A stretch of DNA of 64,000 bases from Solirubrobacteraceae bacterium (GTDB lineage: Bacteria > Actinomycetota > Thermoleophilia > Solirubrobacterales > Solirubrobacteraceae). The stretch covers positions 33,137-97,136 of the forward strand of contig DATCBT010000008.1 of assembly GCA_036511695.1 (NCBI GenBank), written 5' to 3'. Below the pieces are notes generated by a model. It ran no database searches, was not told where the DNA came from, and saw only the letters and a program-made list of their open reading frames with translations. Positions within the stretch are counted from its first letter, which is position 1. Every line of letters starts with the position of its first letter. Shown here one piece after another: positions 36,537 through 45,992 of the stretch. Position numbers and translations under genes: made by a program.

Positions 36537-37703
36537 TCAGCTCCCGAGCGCCCCCAACCGCCCGACCGCCTCCAGCAAACGCTCGTCCGGTGTCGTCAGC
36601 GAGATTCGGAACCAGCCCTCCCCCGCGGGCCCGTAGATCGCGCCGGGCGAGAGCACGACGGCCGCCTGCTCGAGCACGTGCTCGCAGTAGGCCTCCGAGC
36701 TTGCGTGGCCCGCGGGGACGGGCGCCCACACGTAGATCGTGCTGCGCGGCGGGCGCACATCCACGCCGATCCCACGCAGCGCCTCGCAGACGAGATCGCG
36801 CCGGCGTCGGTAGAGCTCGTTCATCGAGGCCACCTCCGCGTCCGCAGCGGGCGAGAGCGCCGCCACACCGGCGAGCTGCACGGCCTCGAACAGGCCCGAG
36901 TCGATGTTCGTCTTCAACCGCCAGTAGGTCTCGATCGCCTCGCCGTTGCCGACCACGACCGCGCAACGCCAGCCGGTCATGTTGTAGCCCTTCGACAGCG
37001 AAAAGACCTCGATCCCGACCTCCTTCGCCCCCGGCGTGGCCAGGAACGAGGGCGCGCGGTAACCGTCGAAGGAGATCTCCGAATACGCGTTGTCGTGCAC
37101 CACCAGGATCTCGTGCTCGCGCGCGAACTCGACGACCCGCTCGAAGAAGCCCTCCGGCGCGACCGCACCGGTCGGATTGTTCGGGTAGTTCAGGTACATC
37201 AGCTTCGCCCGGCTCGCCGTCTGCGCGTCGATCGCGTCCAGGTCGGGGACGAAGCCCAGCTCGGGCTCGAGCGCCATCAGCACCGGCTCCGCCCCCGCCA
37301 GCCACGGTCCGGCGGTGTAGACCGGATAGCCCGGGTCGGCGGCGAGCGCGTAATCGCCGGGGTCGAGGAACGCGAGGTTCAGGTTGAAGATCGCCTCCTT
37401 CGCGCCGATCGCCGGGATGATCTCGCGCTCGGGGTCGAGCTCGACGTCGAAGCGCCGCTCGTAAAAGTCGCTCACCGCTTCACGGAAGTCCGCGCGCCCG
37501 CGGTTTGACGGGTAGCGATGCGTCTCCGGCTCGGTCACCGCCTCCTGCATCGCCTCCACGATCAGGGGCGAGGTCGGCCGGTCGGGGTCGCCGATGCCGA
37601 GGCTGATCACGTCCACCCCGGCCTCGCGCTTGGCTGCGATCTTGCGCTCCAGCTCGGCGAACGCGTACGGCGGGATGCGCTCCAAGCGCTTACTCGGTCT
37701 CAT
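36537..37703 (-). CDS. dapL: LL-diaminopimelate aminotransferase (class I/II PLP aminotransferase)
   Basis: SLGIGDPD, LNYPNNPTG, HDNAYSE, SLSKGYNMTGWR; adjacent to dapF. Confidence 0.85.
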   Translation of the reverse strand: MRPSKRLERIPPYAFAELERKIAAKREAGVDVISLGIGDPDRPTSPLIVEAMQEAVTEPETHRYPSNRGRADFREAVSDFYERRFDVELDPEREIIPAIGAKEAIFNLNLAFLDPGDYALAADPGYPVYTAGPWLAGAEPVLMALEPELGFVPDLDAIDAQTASRAKLMYLNYPNNPTGAVAPEGFFERVVEFAREHEILVVHDNAYSEISFDGYRAPSFLATPGAKEVGIEVFSLSKGYNMTGWRCAVVVGNGEAIETYWRLKTNIDSGLFEAVQLAGVAALSPAADAEVASMNELYRRRRDLVCEALRGIGVDVRPPRSTIYVWAPVPAGHASSEAYCEHVLEQAAVVLSPGAIYGPAGEGWFRISLTTPDERLLEAVGRLGALGS

Positions 37704-38613
37704 TCAGCTCCTTCACGAAGTCGTCACTCAGGCGGCCCTCGAATACAGGTCTCGCCCAGCCTGTCAGATTTACCTGCAGATCCCCCCCCACCTCGACCTC
37801 CAGCTCGCCGCCGTCGAGCACGACCGTCACGCCCCGACCGCCGTGACCGCCGCCGGCAACTCCATCGGAGTCGAGCAGATGAGCGACCGCGGCACCCGTC
37901 GCGCCCGTTCCCGAAGACAGCGTCTCCCCCACCCCACGCTCGAAGATCCGTGCTCTGATGCGAGTGTGATCAGGGGTCGATGTCGGGGCGGTGGTCGATG
38001 CCGGCGCGTCGATCTCGCTGTACCACGACACGTTCGTGCGATTCGGAAAATCTGGATGAGCTTCGATCGGCGGACCCAGGATCTCAAGGTCGAGGGCCAT
38101 GAGCGCGGCCTCGCTCTCGACCCGGATCGCGCATTGAGGGTTGCCGATCGAGACGTGCTGGAAGCGAAAGCTGTGGACCTCAGGGCCCGCGACGGACAGC
38201 TCCCCGCGACCGTCGGGCGGCCCGCCGGGAAAGTCCTTGGAGGTGAGGCTCGCTCGACCCATATCCACGCGGCATGTGTCCAGCCCGGTGATCTGCGGAC
38301 GGATTGGGCCCGCGGCGGTCTCGATCGAGAACTCGTCATCCTCCGTCCAGCCGCGCCGGCGCAGGTACAGGATCGCCTCGCGCGCGCCATTGCCCGACAG
38401 CTCCGCCTCCGAGCCGTCGGGGTTGTAGATCCGCAGGTCTGCCACATGTGCAGGGTCCTTTGGGCGGGAGAGCTCGAGGATGCCGTCGGCGAACACGCCG
38501 AAGTGCCCTTTACACAGGCGCCGCACTCGCCCTGGCGTGAGCGCGAACGGCAGCTCGTCGGCCTCGACGATCAGGTAGTCGTTCCCCAGTGCCTGCCACT
38601 TCTCGAATCTCAT
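37690..38613 (-). CDS. dapF: Diaminopimelate epimerase
   Basis: KWQALGNDY, NPDGSEAELSGNG, GNPQC, ERGVGETLSSGTG. Confidence 0.92.
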   Translation of the reverse strand: MRFEKWQALGNDYLIVEADELPFALTPGRVRRLCKGHFGVFADGILELSRPKDPAHVADLRIYNPDGSEAELSGNGAREAILYLRRRGWTEDDEFSIETAAGPIRPQITGLDTCRVDMGRASLTSKDFPGGPPDGRGELSVAGPEVHSFRFQHVSIGNPQCAIRVESEAALMALDLEILGPPIEAHPDFPNRTNVSWYSEIDAPASTTAPTSTPDHTRIRARIFERGVGETLSSGTGATGAAVAHLLDSDGVAGGGHGGRGVTVVLDGGELEVEVGGDLQVNLTGWARPVFEGRLSDDFVKELNETE

Positions 38614-39341
38614 CAGGCGGCGGAGTCTAGAATCTCGCCGGCCACGGCGTCCGGGTCACGACCGGTCACGTCGATCGTGCGCACCCGCGCGAGCTTGCGC
38701 ATCCACGTCAGCTGACGGCGCGCGTAGTTGCGCGTGTGGCGCTTCATCGCCTCCACGTCGCCCGCCAGCAGCTCCTCGAAGCCGAGCGCCTTGCGCGCCG
38801 TCTGCGAGGCTCCGGCCGCGTGCGCGCGGCGCACCTCCTCACGGGCGCCGGCGGCGAGCATCGCATCGACGCGCGCGTCGATGCGCGCATACAGCGCCTC
38901 GCGCTCCATCGTCAGCCCCGCCAGCAGCGTCGGGCGGCGCATGTCCTCGCTCCACAGCTGCGACGGAGCTCCCGGCGGCGGCCGTTCGAAGTCCAGTTCG
39001 CCGAGCGCCGCACGCAGGTACAGCCCGGTCCCGCCCACCACGATCGGCCGCCGGCCGGCCGCCAGCAGCCCGTCGATCTCCGCGTGCGCCAGCTTCGCAT
39101 ACTGCCCGGCGCTGAACGTCGCATCCAATGGCACGCACGACACCAGGCGGTGCTCCAGCGAGGCGCGCTCGGACGGCGCGGCCACGCCGGTGAGGATCTC
39201 CAATCCTTCGTACACCTGCAGCGCGTCGGCCGACACCGCCACCGGGCTCTCCTCGCCCCGCGCGGTCAGCTGCGCGGCCAGCGCGACGGCGATGCCCGTC
39301 TTGCCCACGCCGGTCGGGCCGAACAGCGCGATGATCTGCAT
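38613..39341 (-). CDS. miaA: tRNA dimethylallyltransferase, shortened
   Basis: GPTGVGKT, SADALQVY, VVGGTGLY, TRNYARRQLTW; only 242 aa. Confidence 0.9.
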   Translation of the reverse strand: MQIIALFGPTGVGKTGIAVALAAQLTARGEESPVAVSADALQVYEGLEILTGVAAPSERASLEHRLVSCVPLDATFSAGQYAKLAHAEIDGLLAAGRRPIVVGGTGLYLRAALGELDFERPPPGAPSQLWSEDMRRPTLLAGLTMEREALYARIDARVDAMLAAGAREEVRRAHAAGASQTARKALGFEELLAGDVEAMKRHTRNYARRQLTWMRKLARVRTIDVTGRDPDAVAGEILDSAA

Positions 39342-39360
39342 TGTCGTAGGCTCGCACCTA

Positions 39361-40152
39361 ATGCGAATCTCCGGCTCCACCATCCTGCTCACCGGCGCCA
39401 CCGGCGGCATTGGCCATGCGATCGCCCGCACGCTGCACCAGCGTGGCGGCAAGCTGATCCTCACGGGGCGGCGCACCGACGTGCTCGAGCCGCTCGCCGC
39501 CGAGCTCGACGCCCGCGCGCTCGCGGTCGACTTGAGCGACCCAGCCGAGGTCGACCGCCTCGTGGCGGAGGCCGGCGAGGTGGACATCCTCGTCGCCAAC
39601 GCCGCGCTACCGGCGGCCGGGCGCCTGGAGTCTTTCACGATGGCCGAGGTCGACCGCGCGCTCGACGTGAACCTGCGCGCGCCGATCGCGCTCGCGCACG
39701 CGCTCGCCCCGGCGATGGTCGAGCGGGGCAGCGGGCACCTGCTGTTCATGTCTTCGCTGTCTGGCAAGTCGGCCACCCCGGGCACCGCGATCTACAACGC
39801 GACCAAGTTCGGGCTGCGCGGCTTCGCCTCAGCCCTGCGCGCCGACCTGCGCGCGAGCGGCGTGGGTGTCTCCGCCGTCTTCCCCGGTTTCATCCGCGAT
39901 GCGGGCATGTTCGCCGACGCGGGCGTCGAGCTTCCGGCGGGCGTGGGCACGGCCAGCCCCGAGGATGTCGCCCGTGCCACCGTCCAGGCGATCGAGCACA
40001 ATCGCGCCGAGATCGACGTCGCTCCACTGCCGGTGCGCGTGGGCGCGGCCTTCGCCGGTCTCGCCCCGGAGCTCTCGGCCAGGGTTGCCCGCAAGCTCGG
40101 CGCGGAGGACATCGCCCAGGCGATGCACGCCGGCCAGCGCGACAAGCGCTGA
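39361..40152 (+). CDS. SDR family oxidoreductase
   Basis: TGATGGIG, VANA, YNATK. Confidence 0.93.
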   Translation: MRISGSTILLTGATGGIGHAIARTLHQRGGKLILTGRRTDVLEPLAAELDARALAVDLSDPAEVDRLVAEAGEVDILVANAALPAAGRLESFTMAEVDRALDVNLRAPIALAHALAPAMVERGSGHLLFMSSLSGKSATPGTAIYNATKFGLRGFASALRADLRASGVGVSAVFPGFIRDAGMFADAGVELPAGVGTASPEDVARATVQAIEHNRAEIDVAPLPVRVGAAFAGLAPELSARVARKLGAEDIAQAMHAGQRDKR

Positions 40153-40266
40153 GCGGGGCTGGGCCGAGCCCGCTACCGGCGGGCGTAAGGGCGATCTGTA
40201 GGACCCATCCTCACGCGCGCTCCTGGGCAAGTAGGTAGCGACGACGCCTCGACCGAGGCGCCGGCT

Positions 40267-40332
40267 CTTACACAGCCCCTACAAACATCTATGCCGGTCC
40301 TTACACGGGCCTTGGGGTCGCCTTAGCGGCGT
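40267..40332 (+). promoter_or_regulatory. Six 11-bp phased direct repeats (OmpR/PhoB-type operator array)
   Basis: CTTAC (40267), CCTAC (40278), CTATG (40289), CTTAC (40300), CTTGG (40311), CTTAG (40322). Confidence 0.6.
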
Positions 40333-40387
40333 GATGGACGATCGATCGACACAACCACCCGAACTACCCAACAGGAGGTTCGATCGC

Positions 40388-40732
40388 ATGAATACATCCA
40401 AGCTGCTTGGCGCAACGATGGTGGCCGGCGCGCTTGCCGTCGGCGGCGCCGTCTCCGGCATCGCCGGCGCGGCCGCCGCGCCCAGCTCAACGAGCACCGC
40501 GGCCTCGACGACGCAATCCACCACGCCGACGACGACCACGCCCACGACTCCCAACCCCTCGACTCCGGCCCCGGGATCGAAAACGGCCCCGCCGAAAGGA
40601 GGCTCGACGGGGAAACATTCGTGCCCGAACATGGGCTCCGGCCCCAGCGGAAGCTCGGGCTCAGGCTCGGAATCAGGGCCTAACGCGGGCGCGAGCTACG
40701 CGGGCAGCGCCGCCGGGGTGACCGCTCAGTAG
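40388..40732 (+). CDS. Small secreted Ser/Thr/Pro-rich protein
   Basis: AGGAGG RBS, signal peptide, low-complexity body with a single CPNM motif. Confidence 0.75.
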   Translation: MNTSKLLGATMVAGALAVGGAVSGIAGAAAAPSSTSTAASTTQSTTPTTTTPTTPNPSTPAPGSKTAPPKGGSTGKHSCPNMGSGPSGSSGSGSESGPNAGASYAGSAAGVTAQ

Positions 40733-40770
40733 TCAAGTAAACCAGCCGGTAGCCGATGGAGGCTCAGGTC

Positions 40771-40797
40771 GCGCCGCGGGGAAGGCTCGCGCGGCGC
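40771..40797. terminator. Hairpin between convergent genes
   Basis: GCGCCGCG...CGCGGCGC. Confidence 0.5.
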
Positions 40798-40809
40798 GGA
40801 AGATCCTTC

Positions 40810-42150
40810 TCAACCGCCCGCCCGTACCAGCAGGCGTTCCTCCCCGGAGAGCGTCTGGCTGGTGGCGGCGGTGATCTCCACCTCGGTGAGTTCGCCGGGG
40901 GCGGCAAGACCGGTGAAGTTGACGGCCTTGTTGTGACGGGTGCGGCCGCGCAGGCGCTCGGGGTCGGTGCGCGAGGCGCCTTCGACCAGCACCTCGACCG
41001 TGCGCCCGACAAACCGCTGGGCGCGCTCGCGGGCGCGACGCTGGACGACCTCGAGCAGGCGCTCCATGCGCTCGACCTTGACAGGATGGGGAACGAGCCC
41101 ATCGGTCAGCTCCGCGGCGTCGGTGCCACGGCGGGGAGAGAAGATGAACGTGAAGGCGCTGTCGTAGCCGACCTGCTCTGCCACTTCGAGCGTCTCCGTG
41201 AAGTCCGCCTCGGTCTCCCCGGGGAAGCCGACGATGATGTCGGTCGTGAGCGATGCGTCGGGGACGTGCTCGCGGATCAGGGCTACGCGGTCGAGGTAGC
41301 GCTCGCGGCCATATGTGCGGCGCATCGCCTTGAGGATCCGCGAGGAGCCCGACTGGAGCGGCAGGTGGATGTGCTCGCACAGGCTGGGGAGCTCGGCGTG
41401 AGCACGGATGACGTCCTCGCGCATGTCCTTGGGGTGCGGGCTCGTGTAGCGGATGCGATCGATGCCATCGATCTCGTCGACGGCCGCGAGCAACCCCGCG
41501 AATGATGGACGCCCACCCACCCCGTGCCCGTTTGCCCGCAGATCACGTCCATAGGAGTTGACGTTCTGGCCGAGCAGGGTGACCTCGCGCACGCCGTCGG
41601 CGGCCATCGCCTGCACCTCCGCGACGAGCTCAGCGGCCGGTCGGCTGACCTCGCGCCCGCGTGTGGAGGGAACGATGCAGTACGCGCAGGCGCAGTTGCA
41701 GCCGACCGAAATCTGCAGCCACCCCTGGAAGGGGCGAGAGCGGCGCGCGGGGAGATGGCCGGTGAAGCCCTCGAACTCGAAGTAGCCCTGGGCGGTGAGC
41801 GAGTCGCTGGTGAGGAACTCGGCGAGCTTGTGCACCTGCCCGGGGCCGAAGGCGACGTCGACGAAGGGAAAGCGCTCGAACACCTCCTCCTTGACCGATT
41901 GCGCCCAGCAGCCGCCGACGCCGACGATCCGCTCTGGCCGTTCGCGCTTGAGGCGTTTGGCCTCACCCAGGTGTGCGAGGAAGCGGCTGTCGGCCGTCTC
42001 GCGGATCGAGCAGGTGTTGAAGAGGATCAGATCGGCCTCGCCGCGCGCGGGCGCCTCGCAGTAGCCGAGCGACTCGAGCATCCCCTTCATCCGCTCGGAG
42101 TCGTGCTCGTTCATCTGACAGCCGAACGTCGTGAGGTGGTAGCGCTTCAT
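40810..42150 (-). CDS. miaB: tRNA methylthiotransferase MiaB
   Basis: TFGCQMNEHDSE, NTCSIRE, GCNCACAYCIVP, TRAM domain. Confidence 0.96.
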   Translation of the reverse strand: MKRYHLTTFGCQMNEHDSERMKGMLESLGYCEAPARGEADLILFNTCSIRETADSRFLAHLGEAKRLKRERPERIVGVGGCWAQSVKEEVFERFPFVDVAFGPGQVHKLAEFLTSDSLTAQGYFEFEGFTGHLPARRSRPFQGWLQISVGCNCACAYCIVPSTRGREVSRPAAELVAEVQAMAADGVREVTLLGQNVNSYGRDLRANGHGVGGRPSFAGLLAAVDEIDGIDRIRYTSPHPKDMREDVIRAHAELPSLCEHIHLPLQSGSSRILKAMRRTYGRERYLDRVALIREHVPDASLTTDIIVGFPGETEADFTETLEVAEQVGYDSAFTFIFSPRRGTDAAELTDGLVPHPVKVERMERLLEVVQRRARERAQRFVGRTVEVLVEGASRTDPERLRGRTRHNKAVNFTGLAAPGELTEVEITAATSQTLSGEERLLVRAGG

Positions 42151-42183
42151 GCCTCCTGACAGGTTAACCGGCGCGGCGGGATG

Positions 42184-43290
<1,107 letters not shown>

Positions 43291-43344
43291 GGTCTGACTC
43301 CTCCGGTTCGAGATGGATTGACCAAGTTAGAGGGCGCTTCGGAC

Positions 43345-43359
43345 GGAACGCGTGTTCGT
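43345..43359. promoter_or_regulatory. LexA (SOS) box of recA
   Basis: GGAAC-GCGT-GTTCGT about 55 nt upstream of the recA start. Confidence 0.85.
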
Positions 43360-43523
43360 ATCGTTTCCGCGGGTCGTGGGAGAGGTGACGAGCCCAAAGG
43401 CTCGGCGTCGAAAGAGCGAACAGCCCGGTCAGGACTGGGTGGCGAGCGCGAGCGCTTTCGACACGGGGTCATCCCCGATGCACTGAGGCGCTGGACAACC
43501 CGGCGTGGCGCCGGCCGGTTTGG

Positions 43524-43703
43524 CTAATTCGGCTCGGGCGAGCGCTTCAGGAGCCGATTGAACCAGCGCTTGACGGCACGCTTACGCGCTTCGGCGCGCT
43601 TACGCGACAGTTCATTCTCAGGCATGAACACATCGAGCGACATCCCCTTCCCCCGGCGTGGCGCCGCGGTGGAATCGGGGGCAGAGTCAAGCTGATCAGC
43701 CAT
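43524..43703 (-). CDS. Small basic hypothetical protein
   Basis: 59 aa; TAACAT -10-like hexamer 7 nt before ATG. Confidence 0.5.
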   Translation of the reverse strand: MADQLDSAPDSTAAPRRGKGMSLDVFMPENELSRKRAEARKRAVKRWFNRLLKRSPEPN

Positions 43704-43708
43704 CGTAG

Positions 43709-44170
43709 TTATGTTAGCGCCAGCGCCAACGCCCATAGCACCGTCTCCGCGCCCAGCGCGCTCAGAGCGAACCTGAAGACGATCTCGCGCCGCTCGATGA
43801 CTTCCTGGTTTTCGCGATACGCGCCGTGCAAGCCATGCGCGGCTTCGAGTAGATAGGCCGCTGGGTCCTCGCGGTACGGTAGAAGTTCCTCCTCCACGCG
43901 ATCAGCGTCAACCGCGAACAAGACTCGGGCGGGCCACAGTACCCACCCCGCAAACACGCCGGTCGACAGAAACGCGGCCATCGCGAGCACCACCGCCCAC
44001 GCCGGCGCGCCTCGCCCGATCGCGGCGGCGCCGAGAAAGCTCGCCGACAGGGTCGCCGCGGCAATCAGCGTGCTCGTGCGGGTCCGCAGATCGGACAAGG
44101 CCGTCCTCTGCTGATCGAGCGCGCGCTGGGCCGCGGAGTAGACCAACTCCTCGAGCGTAGGAGGCGCCAT
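43709..44170 (-). CDS. Three-TM membrane protein, Pycsar-effector (PycTM)-like layout
   Basis: Helix LDQQ...LRTRTSTLI, two TMs ending VLWP, soluble loop, YRENQEVIERR, final TM. Confidence 0.65.
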   Translation of the reverse strand: MAPPTLEELVYSAAQRALDQQRTALSDLRTRTSTLIAAATLSASFLGAAAIGRGAPAWAVVLAMAAFLSTGVFAGWVLWPARVLFAVDADRVEEELLPYREDPAAYLLEAAHGLHGAYRENQEVIERREIVFRFALSALGAETVLWALALALT

Positions 44171-44254
44171 ACCCCCTTATCCGACAGCGGCCTCGAAACG
44201 GGACACGCGTCGGTCAAATCACCCGGCGGCCTGGCGAGCATCTACAATCCGGCT

Positions 44255-44464
44255 ATGGCAGAGAAGCCGAAAGTCAAGCCAAAGGCCAGGCCGAAAGGGC
44301 CGTGGACGCAGGAGGAGATCGTGCGCGAGGAGCGGGTCGCGCAGATCAGGGCCGCGCAAGACCGCGAGAAGACTCCAGCGCAGCGTCTGGAGGAGACGTT
44401 GCGTCTCAGCCGGTTCATCAGCGAGTTGCAGCAGGGCGCGCCCGGCGATGTTCGAGCCCGATGA
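44255..44464 (+). CDS. Small helical protein, putative antitoxin
   Basis: Leaderless (TACAAT-6nt-ATG); KTPAQRLEETLRL; overlaps the nucleotidyltransferase start. Confidence 0.7.
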   Translation: MAEKPKVKPKARPKGPWTQEEIVREERVAQIRAAQDREKTPAQRLEETLRLSRFISELQQGAPGDVRAR

Positions 44465-44933
44465 CCTGCTCCTCACACTGACGGCAGCACAGGTCGAGTT
44501 CATCGTCATCGGGGGAGTCGCCGTCGGCGTGCACGGCTTCGCACGCGCCACCAAAGACCTCGACATCGTTCCCGACCCAGCCCCGGAGAACCTGGAGCGA
44601 CTTGCCCGCGTGCTCGTGGAGATCGGCGCCCAGCAGGTCGGCGTCGACGACTTCTCGCCCGAGGAGTTCCCCTACGACCCGACCGACCCGGTCCAGCTCG
44701 CCGAAGGCGCCAACTTCCGTCTGAACACCAGCCTCGGCCCCATGGACATCATGCAGTGGGTGGCGGGAATCGAGACAGACCTCGCATACTCAGAACTTGC
44801 ACCTGAAGCTTTCCCCGTGACGTTCAGGGATACCCAGATACGCGTGTGCGCCATCGACCACCTGCGCGCGATGAAGCGCGCGGCGGGGCGCCCGCAGGAC
44901 CTGGAGGATCTGCGGCGGCTCGGGGAGGACTGA
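44448..44933 (+). CDS. Nucleotidyltransferase (MenT/AbiEii-like putative toxin)
   Basis: FIVIGGVAVGVHGFARATKDLDIV and LRAMKRAAGRPQDLEDL. Confidence 0.85.
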   Translation: MFEPDDLLLTLTAAQVEFIVIGGVAVGVHGFARATKDLDIVPDPAPENLERLARVLVEIGAQQVGVDDFSPEEFPYDPTDPVQLAEGANFRLNTSLGPMDIMQWVAGIETDLAYSELAPEAFPVTFRDTQIRVCAIDHLRAMKRAAGRPQDLEDLRRLGED

Positions 44934-44955
44934 GCGCCGTGAAGCTGGGTGCGGC

Positions 44956-45954
44956 TCAGCGCCCCGCCTGAGCCCTGGTCGCCTCCTCGACCTCCGCCCC
45001 TCTGGCGGTGAGCCCCCAGGCGTTGCGCTCTCCCTTGGCCTGCCCGTCGCCGCTGTTGTGAAGCAACCCGATCTTCTCCAGGCGCGCGAGGAGCTTTGAG
45101 ATCTGCGCCGGGTCGGAGATCCCCGCATGATCGGCAATCTCACGGTTACTCCCACCCGGCAGCGCAGCGACCGCCGCAAGGACACGAAGCGTGCGATAGG
45201 TGATGCGCGTATCGAGCTCGTCCAGCACAGACCGCACGCGCGGGCGCGGCGCGCGGCGCGTTTTCGCCGTCGGGCGCTGGAGTTCCCTGGCCGCGGCGGC
45301 TTGCCCGAGATAGGGCATGACGACGATCGCCATCAGCGGGTTCAAAAGCTCCGGCAACGGCCGGCCATCCGGGTCGATCATCCGCGCGTGCAGAACATTG
45401 AACACCCCGCCGACGACACCCTCGGCAGTCATCGGTGGCGGTCCCTTGCCCCCTTTCACTTCCGAGCGTCCTTGATCAACGATGTGGCTAAGGGTTTCGA
45501 GGCATCGCGCACGGCGTGCAAGGACCCTGGGACCGGCACCGAGCGCGTCGACGACGACAAGCGCTCCCAATAGTGGCTCATCCCCGATGAACTCAAGGAT
45601 GCTCGACAGGCCGCCCCTGACCCGCTCCCGCCAACACTCCTCACCCTCAAATGCCGCACGGGCGACCGCCACAATCCGGGCTACCGCGTCATCGAACACC
45701 GCGAGAAAGCAATCTTCGCGATCAGCGAACAGGTCGTAGAACGTCTTACGCGAGACACCCGCGCGAGCGGAGACCCGCGCCGTTGACATTCCCCGATAGC
45801 CCACCTCGGAGACGACCTCCACAGCGGCTGTGAGTAGCCGCACGCGCTGGAACTCGCTCATCGGCGCATGCGACACACCGCTAATACCCGCTCGCGGACG
45901 CTCCGCCCCGGGATGTAAGGCTCCTCGTCTCGACCTGGATACAGACACGATCAT
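44956..45954 (-). CDS. TetR-family regulator with an extra C-terminal winged HTH
   Basis: QRVRLL.A..EVV.E.GY...VSARAGVSRKTFYDLF.DREDCF, then RITYRTLRVL...SNREIA..AGISD..QISKLL.RL; start uncertain. Confidence 0.85.
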   Translation of the reverse strand: MIVSVSRSRRGALHPGAERPRAGISGVSHAPMSEFQRVRLLTAAVEVVSEVGYRGMSTARVSARAGVSRKTFYDLFADREDCFLAVFDDAVARIVAVARAAFEGEECWRERVRGGLSSILEFIGDEPLLGALVVVDALGAGPRVLARRARCLETLSHIVDQGRSEVKGGKGPPPMTAEGVVGGVFNVLHARMIDPDGRPLPELLNPLMAIVVMPYLGQAAAARELQRPTAKTRRAPRPRVRSVLDELDTRITYRTLRVLAAVAALPGGSNREIADHAGISDPAQISKLLARLEKIGLLHNSGDGQAKGERNAWGLTARGAEVEEATRAQAGR

Positions 45955-45992
45955 CACGCCCTGACCAAAGGCCTCGAAAGAGCCCCTCCCTC

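Noticed and set aside
35853..37508. 551-aa plus-strand ORF and similar long overlapping ORFs (e.g. 42424-43527, 38736-40238)
   Set aside because: Shadows or alternative frames of hflX, dapL, recA, miaA and the SDR gene; Arg/Pro-rich with no domain signal.
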